NCBI GenBank assembly: GCA_028534125.1
Contig: CM052817.1
Coordinates: 105,588,001 to 105,652,000 of the forward strand
Reading direction: 5' to 3'
DNA: 64,000 nt
DNA from: Lama glama
Lineage: Eukaryota
The translations under genes were made by a program, and so were the position numbers. This document shows positions 1 to 13,627 of this stretch, piece after piece; within the stretch, counting starts at the first letter, position 1; the number at the start of each line of letters is the position of its first letter. Below the pieces are notes generated by a model. It made no database searches. It worked only from the letters and a program-made list of their open reading frames with translations, and was not told where the DNA came from.

Positions 1-3000
1 AGTCTGTAGATGGCTTGGGTAGTATGATCATTTTAACAACATTAATGCTTCCCATCAGTTAACAGAAAGTATCTTTCTATTCATTTGCCCCTTCTTTAAT
101 TTCTTTCATCAGTATCTTATAGTTTTCAGTGTACAGGTCTTTCAACTCCTTAGTTAAATCTATTTCTAAGTATTTTATTCTTTTTGATACAATTGTAAAT
201 CAGATAGCCTTCATAATTTTTCTTTCTGGTATTTCATTATTGTTATATATAAATATGACAGATATCTGTATATTGATATTGTATCCTGAAAATTTATTGA
301 ATTCATTTATTAGATCTAATGTGTTTTTACTGGACTCTTTAGAGTTTTCTGTATGCAGTATCATGTGATCTACAAATAGTGGCAATTTTACTTCTTCTTT
401 TCCAATTTGGATTCCTTTTGTTTCTTTTTCTTATCTAATTGCTATGGTTGGTACTTCCAATAATTTGTTGAATAAAAGAGCCTAGAGTGAGCATCCTTGT
501 CTTATTCCTGATTTTAGAGGAAAGGCTTTCAGCATTCACTGTTGAGTATGATGTTAGCCATGGCCTTGTCATACATGGCCTTTATTATGTAGAGGTATGT
601 TCCCTCTGTACCCACTTTGTTGAGAGTTTTTATCATAAACGGATGTTAAAATTTCTCAGAAGTTTGTGATTTCTTCTTTGATTTCTTTGTTGACTCATTG
701 GCTGCTCACTATTGTGTTGTTTAATCTTATATATTTGTGATTGTTTTTTAGTTTACTTGTAATTGATTTCTGTTTTATGCTATTGTGATCGGAAAATATG
801 CTTGATATTATTTCAATCTATTTAAATTTATGGAGGCCTGTTTTATGGCCCAAATGTAATCTATCCTGGGGAAGATTCCACGTGCACTTGAGAAGAGTGT
901 ATTCTGCTTGCTTTTAGATGGATTGTTCTGTATACATCTATTAAGTTCAACTGCTATAATGTATTGTTTAAGTCCAGTGTTTCCTTATTGATTTTTCTGT
1001 CTGGATGGTCTGTTTCTTGATGTAAGTGATGTTTTAAAGTTCCCTACTATTGGTACATTGCTGTCAATTTCTCAGTTTAAATCCATTAATATTTGCTTTA
1101 TGTAGTTAGGTACTCCTATACTGAGTGATTTTATATTTACAAATGCACTATCTTCCTGTTGGATTGACCCCTTTATCATAATGTAATGTCCTTTTTGTCT
1201 TTTATTATAGTCTTTGTTTTAAAGTCTATCTTGTTATGAGTATGGCTACACAACTTTTTATTTTTATTTGCATTAGATGTCTTTTCTGTTCTTTCACTTT
1301 CAGTCTGTGTGTGTCCTTAGTGTCTTTAGATCTGAAGTGTGTCTCTTGTTGGCAGCATATAGATGGGACTTGTTTGTTTTAGTTTTACTTTATTGAGTCA
1401 CTCAATATGTTTAGATTATTCAGTCCACTTACATTTAAGGTCATCATTGATAAGTATATACTTACTGCCATTTGCTACTTGTTTTTTGCCTGTTTTTATA
1501 GTTCCTCTTTATTTTCATCACTTGCTCTCTCCTCTTGTGATTTGATGACTTTTTTCACTGTTATGTTTAGATTTCTGTGTCAGTATCTTTTGGGTATGTA
1601 CTTAAGTATTTGCTTTGGTGTTACCATGAGTGCACATGTAACAGCTTATTTTAAGTTGATAGCAACTTAAGTTTTAACACATTTTTTAAAATCTACATTT
1701 TTAGACTCTCCCCATGTTTTACATTTTTGATGGCATATTTTACATCATTTTATTTTGCATATTTATTAACTAACTATAGTAGTTATAGTTAATTTTGCTA
1801 CTTTTGTCCTTTAGCCTTTATGTTAGTTAAGGCTAGTTAAGGTTAGTTAAGTGGTTAATCCACTACCTTTATTATACATTTGCCGTTACCAGTGAGATTT
1901 TTACCTCTTATATTTTCTTATTACTAGTTAGTGCCTTTTCTTTTCAGCTTAAAGAAGTCCCTTTAATGGTTCTTGTAAGGCTGGTTTGCAGGTGATTAAC
2001 TCTTTTAACTTTTGCTTATCTGGAAAGCTCTTGATGTCTACTTCAATTCAATTCTGAATGAAACTTTGCTGGGTAGAGTACTCTAGTTAGACTTTTTTGT
2101 TTTTGTGTTTTACTTTCTGCACTTTGAATTTATCATTGCCCCTTCTTTCTGGCCTGCAAAGTGTCTGTTGAGAAGCCAGGTGATATACTTATTGGGGCTT
2201 TCTTGTACACAGCAGTTTTGTTTTGTTTTGTTTTTTCTTTTGTTTTAAAAATTCTCTCTTTATCTTTTACTTTTGACATTTTAATTATATTGTGCTTGCT
2301 GTGGATCTTTTTTCGAATTCTCTTTGCTTCCTAGATCTGAATGTTTGTTTTCTCCCCCAGGTTAGGGAAGATTTCAGTCATTATTTCTTCAAATATGTTT
2401 TCTTCCCCTTTCTTTGTGTTTCCTCCTTCTGGTACACCTATTATCTGAATGCTATTCTGCTTGATTTTATCCCACAGATACCTCAAGTTATTTTTAATTT
2501 TTTTTTAATTTTTTTCTTTTTACCGCTCTGTTTGGGTGAGTTTTGCCATTCGGCTTCCAGGTGACAGATACGTTCTTTTTTCATCTAATCTGCTTTAGAA
2601 CTCTTCTAGTATATTTTTTATTTCAGTTACTGTATTCTTCAGCTCTGTGACTTCTATTTGGTACTTTTGTGTATTTTTTGTCTTTGCTGAAGCTCTCACT
2701 GTGTTCATCCATCCTTCTGCCATGGTTGGTGACCATGACTTATAACTCTTTGTCAGGTAGATTACAAATCTCCACTTTTAAGTTTTATTTTTTTCCTCCT
2801 GGGGTTTTTATCTTGTTCTTTTGTTTTTAACATATTCCATTGTTTCCTCCTGTTCTTGTCTCTCTGTATTTGTTTCTATGTATTAGGTGAAACACTGCCT
2901 CTCCCAGCCTTGAAGGTGTAGCCTTGTGTAGACAATGTTATTGTTCAACCTTGTCCTAGTTCTGATCGTCTCTAGACCCTCTGTGATTGTCTAATTGGCC

Positions 3001-4530
3001 TAATTTATTCTTGGTAGGTTCCACTTATTGAGGTCATGCCAAGCCTTGTCAGTATTACACATGGGAAGATTACTGTCAGCACCTAGTTTTAGGCTGATTG
3101 GAAGCTAGACCCTCAGGCAGCTTTTAAAGTATGCGAATATACACAATCCTGTGTGACTGCCTTCGTAAGCCCTGCTGGCCTCCAGACCAGGTGATCGGAA
3201 GATGTCTCCTTGGAGACAGTTGCAAAATCTGGGCTCCAGATAGCCATGTAAGGTCCTTTCTGGGAGGTACTGGTGAGCTGTAGCAAGGCCCAGGGAGAGC
3301 CCAAAGATGGCATCTCCAGCCTGCATTTGCTGAGAACTGCTTTGTAGCTTCTAGATGTGTGATAAGCCCAGACCCTGCCCTTCAGACTGGCATACAGAGA
3401 CAAGTAAATAGGCCTTTGTCACAAAAAGTCTGGGTATGTGATGTACTGTGCTGCCTGTGTTGTGTCCTGGAGGTGGCAGCCTGCCAAGAAATGTCTCTCC
3501 AATTGTTTCAGTCCTGTGGGGCCCAGAAACCTAGGTCCCCTTGGCCACCTGCACTGGGTGGTCAAGGGATGTGCCCTGTATGGACTGTGTGCTCATTGGC
3601 TTCAAGAGGGTCACAGACTAGCCTGGGGGTGGGGGGAGCCTGCCAACTACTGCAGGGTCACAGAAGGGCTTCTAGGTGGGGCAAACCCATCAACCTCAGT
3701 GAGACTAAGGGGGAGCCCAGGGCTGAGGGCAGCCCGTCAGCTGCAAAAGAGCCATGAGTGAAGCCAGGGCCATGGGTGAGCCTGGCACCAGACAAGCCCA
3801 CGGGCTGCAGCAGGGCCACATGAGAATCATGAGTGGGGAGAGATGGTTGCCTTTAGTGGGGCTGTGGGAGAGTAGGTGGAAGGGGCAAGCCAGCCAGCAC
3901 TAGCAAGGTAAGGGGAGAACTAGAACTGGTGCCCATCAGTGCTGGCTGTACTAAGGTGGAGTGAGAGAGCAAATGGCACCCAGCCATGCCCCTGCCCCTG
4001 GAGGAAGCCCCAGCAGACTCCTGTGCCCCGGGAAACACTTTAAGATTAGCTGAGGAATCTCTTTCCATATGGTCTAGGTATTTTTCAAATGGTGTTTTTG
4101 CCCTGGGCCTGAGGGTGGGATGAGTCTGCAGGTGAACCCTTGAAAGTAGACTTTCCAATCTCCACAGCATTTTGGGCACTTGAACATAAGCCCTGATGGT
4201 TTTAAAGCTGGCCTTTGGGGGTTTGTCTCTCTACTGCAGTTTCCCAGGTTTGGGGTGTTTGAGGTGGGGCTTGAACTCATTGCTCTTCAGGGTGAAGTTT
4301 GTAATTGTGGACTTTCTCTGGTTTGGGGAGAAAACTGGGTGTAATGTTTTGGGGGAAACTGTATTTCTGCCTCTTCTACCCATCTCAGGGTGGGGTTTCT
4401 ATCTTGTTGTGGAGCAGCTGTTCAACTAGTTTCTAGGTCTTTTAAGGAGGGAATTGATAAATATGTAGCTGTAGATTTGATGTGTGTGGAGGACACTTTA
4501 GGATCTTTTAATGCTGCCATCTTAAACTAT
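1..4530 (-). mobile_element. Degenerate LINE-1 (5'UTR, ORF1, ORF2 endonuclease and RT parts) with an internal ORF2 deletion; runs off the window start
   Basis: Minus strand 1-655 encodes RT motifs ([24 protein letters not shown] for FADDMI, LINEFNKFSGY). 665-1480 is the endonuclease region, about 1900-2750 is ORF1-like, about 2900-4530 is a GC-rich 5'UTR with the YY1-type AAGATGGC at 4516-4523. Confidence 0.9.
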
Positions 4531-5294
4531 AGTCTACATTTTATCTTTTATTTTCTATCTTAATCCTTACTATACCACAATTATTTTTAAGAAGCCCATG
4601 CAATCTTTGGTGTTTACTCAGTTTTTTGAATACCTCAAAACAAGCTCATTTGAGTTGTTTCAAGAAGTAGAAGAGTATGCTATGAGTAATATTCACATTC
4701 TGTGGACAGCTTGCAAAAGTGGACACATTCTTGTGCCTGGATCTTGTAAATTATTTTGCTTACTTTTTTATTCTGGACTGTTCTAGAATCTTGAAATTTC
4801 TAGAAAAAATGACTGCAGGTAAGTTAGCTGTCTAACATATATGTCAATATTAGATGAATTCTGGTATCCATAAATTGAACTGAATTGGCTGAAGTTATTT
4901 TTGGATACATTTCATAGAGCAGGTAAATATTGAGAATTTTAAAAATGCTTCCAAGATCCAGAAAGTTTCAATTTCATTTCAAGCCATATTTAATCAAGTT
5001 GAACAAGCATTCATGATCTATAGTGTACACAGAAGTACAAGCTCTTCAAGTAAAGCTGCAGGGAAAAGCCAAAGCCTTTTTGAAAAGGGATACTCATTCA
5101 ACTTCTCAATATACTCCTGATATTTTCATTAAATGCTATGACATCAGCTGTGAAATTATCAAAATATTTTTAAAGAATTTACCGATATAATTAAAATGTG
5201 AAATAAAAATTATAAAATATCACTTAGTATGTTTTCCTTTGTCCTGATTTCTGCTTAAAGTCTGCCAAAATAAAGTCCTCTACATATGAATAAA

Positions 5295-5440
5295 CTATAT
5301 ATGTAAGTATATTTATAGTTTATTTATATGTATTTACATATCTATAAAGTTTAATATGTATATAAATTTTATACATATATATAAATAAACTATATACATG
5401 TATTATATATGTGTGTGTATATATATACGTATACATATTC
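5295..5440. repeat. (TA)n/(TATG)-rich low-complexity tract
   Basis: Direct inspection. Confidence 0.8.
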
Positions 5441-5448
5441 ATCACTGT

Positions 5449-6172
5449 CTGTGGTGGCCATCTAGTGTGTTTTTGGTTACCCAACGCTTTTGAATTCCCC
5501 TTCAATATTTTGGCAATGCTTTGATTTTTGCTTACCCCAAGGTGGAAACTGAGTCTTCTTATCTGGCCTTCTTTGCAGTTAGGGAGCAGATATGTGGATA
5601 AGACTCTGATAAAAGGAATGCTGAACAAGACTTCCTTTCATAAGCAAGAATGTTAACCGCTATATATAAAAATAGATAAAAAACAAATTTATCCTGTATA
5701 GCACAGGGAACTCTATTCAATATCTTATAGTAACCTTTAATGAAAAAGATTATTAAAATGAATATATGTATATATATGCACGCCTGGGACATGATGCTGT
5801 ACATTGGAAATTGACACATTGTAACTGACTATACGTCAATTAGAAAAAAAAGAAAAAGGAACAGGGAATACAGGTGCTTTACAGAGTTGACTCTCCCTAC
5901 TCATCCTCCCTTGTGAGTGCTGGGGCAACAGGCTCCCGCTTTCAAGGACATCAGTGACAAAAGCTCTGGAGTTGGTCAATGTTCACCTTCAATGGGGTCT
6001 CCAATTGGCCAGTCTTAGCACGTGGCTTGTGCACCTTCCTGGCTTCTCATTCCCCAAGACTAAAATTCTGATCTTCTGGTTATTCTCTGACCTTCCTAAT
6101 ATCTTTATTAAATCCTTTTCCTGCTTAGAACTAAAAAAAAAATTGCTATTGTTTGTCACTAAGAACACTAAT
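5449..6172 (+). mobile_element. Old ERVL-MaLR (MLT1-type) LTR interrupted by an L1 3' end
   Basis: Begins TGTGG; the end ATTAAATCCTTTTCCTGCTTA...GCTATTGTTTGTCACTAAGAAC resembles the MLT1 terminus. Confidence 0.6.
5645..5857 (+). mobile_element. 5'-truncated L1 3' end (artiodactyl/camelid type)
   Basis: Contains CTGTATAGCACAGGGAAC...TGCTGTACA...ATTGACACATTGTAACTGACTATA plus an A-tail; same family as the copies at 13372, 30133, 34811 and 60816. Confidence 0.88.
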
Positions 6173-7154
6173 TTTTTTTGGATTTAATGTTTTAAGCAAT
6201 GTCTATATTTTTATCTCCTTAAAATATATTTTTAATTGTTACATATGAATTTCCGATGTTTTGAAAGATCAAGATGATCTTACTCTAGTAAAACACATCC
6301 TCTGTTTGTTTATAAGCAAAGAATACTTTCAAAAAGTTCAGATATTAATCAGATTTTATACCCTATTGGTATACTCTCTGTTTTCAAGAAAGTGGGTTTA
6401 AGTTTTATTAAATTATGTAAATTTAAAATTATATGTACTCTTTATGTCAAAGAGAATCAGAAACAATTTGCAATATTCTTTCTGATTCCTTAATATATAT
6501 TAGACAAGATTTAGTATTTATTCACCCAGTCAATAGGTGAATACCTTCTGATTGCAAAAGATGAAAATAATAGACATATTTTTTAAAAAGCATAATTATC
6601 CTTCACCTTTTATATCCACTTACTTCCAATCTCAGGTGAAGAAAGCCTGTGAGTACATTTTTAATTCCTTTCCCATGCATTGCAAATATAATTTTGTTTA
6701 TTTAATTGGATAGATTTATATTACTTCTCATTACCTCACTACCTCATTATCTCATTAGCCCTAAGAACAACTCCACAAAGCAAGGAAGGAACTTGCCATT
6801 TGCACCTGTGGGAATTTATGCCAAGAGAGATATTCACCCCAAGTTGTTGATCTTATAAGTCATACACCTTGGGATGTTTACGTGACCTGGTTGACTCTAG
6901 ATCATGAGGTTATCCACTGCATGGAGATGAGATGTTCTGTAGTTTTCTGCTGCCCTTTGTAAAATGTAACCCAAATAATTCTGGCTCCTGTATATTACAA
7001 ATAGATCTGATATATTCTGCTATTATGTATGAAGCTCGTTGACGATCAGTGGATGTTTAGAGTCTTTCATTTTGCCTGCCTTCTGTTTTGCACCAAATAA
7101 GTAAAAACAACATCACTGAACTCCTCGAGTAAGTATGATACTGGGATTTGCAAC

Positions 7155-7378
7155 ATGGGCTGGGATTCAGACTATCTGAATTCTAATTACTATAAAGTCT
7201 CTTGGGAGTGATTTTCCCTCAAGCAAATTATATAACCTCCCTATGCCCCAGCTTCCTTATCTGTAAATTGCATACACCAGTAGAATGAACTCATTTTTGT
7301 GTGAGAACTAATGAGATAAAGCATTTCACAGCTGATAAAACTTGATGAGGCACATTGTAAATGTTCAGTTAAACTAGT
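7155..7378 (+). mobile_element. MIR SINE
   Basis: MIR core AACCTCCCTATGCCCCAGCTTCCTTATCTGTAAA...GTGAGAACTAATGAGATAA. Confidence 0.7.
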
Positions 7379-8619
7379 TCTTTGTTTTTAGTTCCCTCAT
7401 CTTCTCTTCCTCCTCCTCCCTCTTCCTGTTTCTTCTCTTCCTCCTAATACATGTTTCAAGGAGCATAGACACATCAACCTGCTGAAAACAACGTGAATTC
7501 ATTGTTAGAATACATACAGTAATGAAGGAGTTTGGAAATGTGCAGAAAATGCCAGAACCAAACCATACCCAATTATAGCCACTGAAATTTGAAATTTATT
7601 TTTTCTATTCAATGAAGCTTTAAGATTGTGCTGTTGTCTCACCCTATTAACAATCTTGTATTAATCTTTGTTCTACAGAGAGGCTATTACATTCACTCGG
7701 CTATTATATATTTATCCATTTTGGGGGGATATGTGTCTTTAATTCTCTGTCTGCCCAAATTTTGGAAAAAGATAATTGACTTGTTTGGATCATCCTGTTC
7801 TGGGGGGAGCTTGGCACACAAACTTCAATTTTGGTATTATGGGACTAAGCTTGAGTCCTAATCCTGGTCGGATGAGCTCTGCCCAGGGGATAAGGATGAA
7901 GACCACAAGGTATAGAGAAACACTCTCCTATTGACATTACTTCTCACCAACTTATTCCTGATTTTCAATTTTCTTTTATTAAGAAAGCTCAATTAAGGAA
8001 GGCAAGGTGAACATAGAAACAAAGGTATAGAACTGAGAGAAATGTGGGTGGAAAATAGAATTGCCTAACAGTCTTAGTAATCAGAAGTGAAGGAAAGAGA
8101 CAAGTTGAAATACAGCACTTTTTCACGTTTTGACTTTACCAAGAAAATTTTCAGTACATCTTCAGATAGCAAAATTTTGTTTTCCTTTGTTTTCACCTGT
8201 GAAAATATAGGTCTAAAAATCCTTGTTTGTATTCTATTTATAATATCTGTGTTTTTCACCATTTATTAACTTGCAGTACATCTTGGTCTACATTTAATAT
8301 TGAAATCAAACTTTGTCTTACCAAATTTGTCTTACTAGATTTCAATCCTAGTTTTGCTACTTTTAATTATGTGATCACAAAGAATTGACGCTTAAGCTTC
8401 TGTCTCTTCATCTATAAAGAAGAGATTATTGTCAAATTCAATGACACATTACACTTGTTCAATGTAATATATGTAATTGTCTTATCATGATCAGTAGCTT
8501 GTTTCAATATGGCATTGTTGATCATATTGAATAACAATGCCCCAGGAAAATATTATTTCTTTGAAAAACAACTTAATGTAATTACTATTACTATGACTTT
8601 CAGGAACTTTACAGGTAAA

Positions 8620-8798
8620 TTTGCTAGATAAAATGCAGATCTCCAAGGTTAATTTGAATTTTAGGTATACAATAAATCAATTTTTACTAGAGGCATATAC
8701 CAGATGTTGCATGGGATATACTTATCAAAAATCATTCTTGCCGATCTGAAATTCAACTCTAGTTGAGTGTCATATTTTACTTGTTATGTCTGGCAACA
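8620..8798. mobile_element. MER53-like palindromic non-autonomous DNA transposon (MITE)
   Basis: TTGCTAGATAAAAT...AATTTGAATTTTAG...GCATGGGATATACTTAT...TCTGAAATTCAA...TCTGGCAAC; imperfect internal palindrome. Confidence 0.75.
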
Positions 8799-9000
8799 AT
8801 TTACATGAAACTCAAATTGGTTTGAATACTGCATTAAAATGATAATTGCTAAAAATGTTACTGTGGCTTGTATCAGTGAAATGAAGTGTTTGAACTGTGG
8901 AAAGTTCCTGTGAAGTTAAACCCTTGGCTTTGTAGATTCCTTTTGTTTTCTCATTCCTAGTATTTTTCTGGGATTTTTGTTTTTCTACATCTGCCTAACC

Positions 9001-9460
9001 TGTGTTAGTAATTGCATCCAGCACTCAGTAAGAGACTCAGAAAAAAAAAAAACAGTGAAGGAAATGGACAGAAGTTTATTCTTTCATAAAACATACTACC
9101 CACAGCTGAGCTGATAGATCTGTGTATCATCTGGAACTCAATCTCCTATCTTTTCTGGCATTCCAAGAGCATGGTTTTCATCTCCAAGATCATCTCAGGG
9201 TTCAAGAGGGCTGTAGGAGCTCCAGCCACCAATCCATATATTCCATCAATTTATAATCCAGGCTTGCAGTAGTACAAAACAAGTGAAAGACGAATGGTAC
9301 TTATTCCTCAAAATCCCACACTGTTTATAGGTCACTGATGTGCTATAACAGCAAAAACTATGCCAGGGAGGCCGGTAAATACAATCCTTTAGTTGGATGT
9401 ACCGTTTCGCCATCTGTTACAAAGGAGGACCGGGAGAGCAATTTCGACCTCCCTCTACAA
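9001..9460 (-). mobile_element. Old MLT1-type MaLR LTR
   Basis: Starts TGTGTTAG; contains AAGAGGGCTGTAGGAGCTCCAGCCA and GGGAGGCCGGTAAAT-like MLT1 motifs. Confidence 0.6.
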
Positions 9461-11199
9461 GGCCAGCTAAGAGGATATAAGACATTTTATTTAAACTTTG
9501 TCTTTCTGCATTGATGAAGAAGGATTATCCCTTTGAATTCTAATTGGAACGTCCCTGCCCACCATTTTAGTTCTTCACGTGGTTGTATCAGCCTTCAGTT
9601 TCTTTCTTTGATCGTTTTGCTTTTAGAGTCCTCTCCTTAAGAAGTCTACTCACGTTTTTTGCATTCAGTTGGATGACTTTTCCTTCTAATCATTCTTGAG
9701 ATAGCTCTATCCCTACAACTTATTGGAGGTGATTCTCACTGTGTACAGTTGATCTCCCTTTAACGCTAAGCATTCTGTCGGGAAAAAAATCACGAACAAT
9801 AAAACAATTAAAACAAACATTTTCATTCATATCAGGATCCAATTGCTGGTGTGGCAGCTTATCATATTACTAGTTTTTTTTTTTAATAGTAGATTTTCTA
9901 GTACATAGTTGGCAGAACTAGCACTGGGAGAAAACCTATCAAAGCATAACAAATAAAATGTTCTTTATATGTCTATCCAGACATACAAAGCCATCAAGTG
10001 CTTAATATAGAATAGTACTTTATTCTGGTAAAAAAAAAATAAAATAAAATACAGTTCTGGAACATGTACTGTACTTAAATTTAGAAGTAAAATCCCTAAG
10101 TCATATTTAGTTCCCAGAGACTGAAAAGACACTGTTACTCAATTTTAATATTTAAAGCAGTGTGAAAATATAACTTTTTTTCTTCTCACGTATGAAGGTT
10201 GAAATCTTACGTGTATGCAAGGGACAATATTACCCTTTAGGCTCTTCATTGATAACCAAGCCCAGAATATATATCACCAGGAAAAATAATTTAATTAGTA
10301 AGATTTCTTTTTAAATCTTTTAGAACTCTAGTGCTGTCTTCTAATATGGAATATATTAGAATATACCATTCAAACTAGCTATTAAAAAAAAAGCCATTGA
10401 CTTTTTTCTTCTCTAGACTATAAGTAATCCATTTCTTCCCCTTCCACTAAAAGTGGAGACATTTAATGTTTGAATTATAATACATCATTCAGCATGTAAT
10501 TTTTACCACTAATTCATTTTTCATATAAGCCTGAGGCCATTGTGGCTTTTCAAATCCAGTGGAAATCAGAGTATATTTATGATTCGGAACCTTCCAATCC
10601 AAATAAAGCAAAGCTTTGTCATGGCTGCGGAAGTCGAATTTCTTCCACAAATACCAAACATACAATATACATTCATCTTTCACTTAAATATGCTATGAAG
10701 TTTCAATACTCACTGTTAATTTGGTAAAATTTATGTGATCGTAAATACTGCCTAGCACTGTGCTGCTTTAAAATGAATATTATTTCTAAATTACTTTTTT
10801 TTTCCTGCTGTTATAACAGAGCACTGCATTTTACAATTCACTTCTCAAAAAAAGTCTTAAAATCAGTGCTTTAGAAAAACATTTTGAAATGTCTTTGGTC
10901 ATATTCTTTTGGAACTCACCCTTGCCAATAGCAAACGTAAAAATAAAATGCCCGCATGTGAATGAGTAGAATAAATGCAGGTTTACTGCATACCTGACAA
11001 TTTTTCAATTTTTAATTTAGGTTCAGTCTTCAAAATTATGGAAAATCATGTTATTTAAATAAGTTTTTGATGGATAGTAATGTAGAAACATGACTTCACT
11101 TGGACCTTTTTTCTTTCAATAAAGCCATGGGCAAATAACTACACAGATTCTTAAAATGATGAAGTATGTTTTTTGAAGTTTTTTTCATATTATGTCTCT

Positions 11200-12110
11200 G
11201 AACCCATGGCTTCAATTACTATCTTTAAGCTGATATATTCCAAATTACACTTCTACTTGAAATGTCTCCTCTGAGCACTGTTTTCTTCATTTAAATGTGC
11301 AAAATTCAAAGCAATATCGTTACCCCTGGACCTACCAGATTTGTGTGTTTCCTATTGCACGTAAACATAGCCCAGAACTGAGTCCTGCTAGCATTCTCCC
11401 TCAATTTCGCCCTCAAATCTAGTAAGTCACAAAACCTTGTGAATTTAACTTTTTATTTATCTTAAATCAATTCTGTCATCCCATGTCCACCACAGCTGCC
11501 TTAGTTTAAGTTCTTATCATTTCTCACCTTCAGAATTTATCCTCACCTACTGAGATGCCCTTTAACTCACAATACAGCCAGACCTAGCTTTGTAAGGTTT
11601 ACATCTGGACTTTTCATTTCCCTCGTTAACACCCTTTAATGGCTTCTTGTAAGTTTCTGGGAAAAGGAAAAGATTAAAATCATTTACTGTATTCAGAAAA
11701 AAAGCCTGTTCTCTATTAGTTCTTCCTACCCCTCACACACGTTCACGCTTTACAGCAACAAACTTTCCACAGCATTAGCTGTTCTCTGACGTGTTGTGTT
11801 ATTACCCCTTTTGTCAAAAGCATCTCTTCTGGGAAACCTCCCCTTGTCTCTTTCATCTACCCAAGTCCAGTTGTCATTTAGAAATAGACAAATGCTTATG
11901 CCTAAACTTGATTTGTTTTTAAGTTCTTTACTACTACTTTACTACTTAACTAAGTCCAATAACTACAGTTCTTGTATCACAATGAAACTATTAACACTCT
12001 CACCTTTCTTCTTTGGACTAGAAACTCTGAGCGGAAGGACCTTTACCTGGTCAACGTTATGTTAATGATGTTAGCACTGTACTGACTTCGAAACTGCTCC
12101 ATCATTTTTA
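11200..12110 (+). mobile_element. LINE-2 3' region, degenerate
   Basis: CCCATGGCTTCAATTAC, CACAGCTGCCTTAGTTTAAGTTCTTATCATTTCTCACCT and ACCCTTTAATGGCTTC resemble L2. Confidence 0.65.
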
Positions 12111-12449
12111 AATGCTCAAATCACACATGACACAGTGACATTTCTTATATTTGCTGTTCTGCGGTAAAGAGTTTATTCGTGGGCTTTTATATTTAAAAAC
12201 TTGCTGGGGTTTTATTTACTTTCTTAACCACGTAAAGGATTCTCAATCAACTGATGTTTATTGGCAGTCGATCATTTAAATCTAGCACAGCTCAACAACT
12301 TTTAGATTCAATTTCTTTAATAACATTTCTCATTAAGCATATTGATTTTTAACTACAGTTTCAATTTAATCTCCCATCATATGCAATAAGGTGGGGAAAA
12401 GAAAAAGATGAGGAGAAACATATTTGGTTACTGTTTCATCTTTATGCAC

Positions 12450-12900
12450 CCCCAAACATTGATTTAATGACCACAGTTTTTCAGGCACTCAGCTAAATGG
12501 TGAGGATATACCGATAAGAGACACCATTTCTGTCCTCAAATCTCATAGATTTTAAACAGTCAAGAAAGAAAAGAAGTACATTATATTTAATAATGCAAAA
12601 TGAAACAGATTCATAAATGTATACATCTACATGTCACATACAAATATATAAATAATAGAAAAGGGGAGTAAACTTTAAGTTTTAGGAGTCATAGAAGACT
12701 TCTACGAATACACTAGTCTTGTAGTTTAGATACTAACTAGATGAAGGAATGGTGAATAGGAATTCTTGGGAAAGCGCACAGCGGGCTTGAGACAGCATGG
12801 TTCATTCAGCAATCTCAAAGTCCCTGCTCTGTCTCAGAGTAACGAAGTCGGTAGATTAATAAATGGCTTGAATACATCGGATGAAACCAGGTTTTTGCAT
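12450..12900 (-). mobile_element. LINE-2 3' end, degenerate
   Basis: CAAACATTGATTTAATGACC...CAGGCACT...CTGTCCTCAAA pattern. Confidence 0.5.
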
Positions 12901-13371
12901 TTGATTGTAGAGCTGCACACTTACACTTATACACTTAGGACATACTACGCAAGATAATGTTTGATGAAAACTTAATATTTATCAACCATTCTAAATTGTC
13001 CTTAAAAAGTTCATTAACTCATTTACTTCTCAAAACAAGACCTATGGAAACCCATGGAACTATACCCATACAAGATGACATTTAAGTTGATTTTTAACAG
13101 TATAATTTCAATAATTTCGTTCTCTTTGTAGTTTCTCTTTCTCCAGTCACTTTGGTTGGTATGTGCAGATTGAACTATAATTTAAGCAAATAGTACATCC
13201 ATACAGTTTTAAGCAATTTTTAAGTTCTGTAGCAAAGGAGAATAACACATACTCCATTCAAAAGTGCATAGCTCATGCCAGTTGATATAACAGACTCCCT
13301 AAAGGACATACCACTAACTTCACAGGAGATATTTCATTGCCCTTTAATTTCAGTTAAGTTTATTCCTAACA

Positions 13372-13627
13372 CTTTTTGTTTGTTTTATTATGTTTTCATT
13401 CTTTTTTATTGAAGTATGATCAGCTTACAATGTTGTATCAATTTCTGGTGTACAGCATCATGCTTCAGTCATACATATATTTCTTTTCATATTCTTTTTC
13501 ATTTTAGGTGACTACAAGATATTGAATATAGTTCCCTGTGCTATACAGTAGAAACTTCTTGTTTATCTGTTTTATATATAATAGTTAGTATGTGCAAATC
13601 TCAAGCTCCCAATTTATTCCTTCCCAC
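13372..13627 (-). mobile_element. 5'-truncated L1 3' end
   Basis: T-rich tail, then TTATTGAAGTAT...GTTCCCTGTGCTATACAG; degenerate TSD TA(T/G)TCCTAA..CTTTT at about 13361 and 13628. Confidence 0.88.

Noticed and set aside
1823..1851. Short tandem duplication (TAGTTAAGG three times); similar cases near 31369 and 37983
   Set aside because: Ordinary slippage duplications with no further structure.
3105..4429. Cluster of 70-130 aa ORFs
   Set aside because: They lie in the GC-rich L1 5'UTR where stop codons are rare; no recognisable protein.
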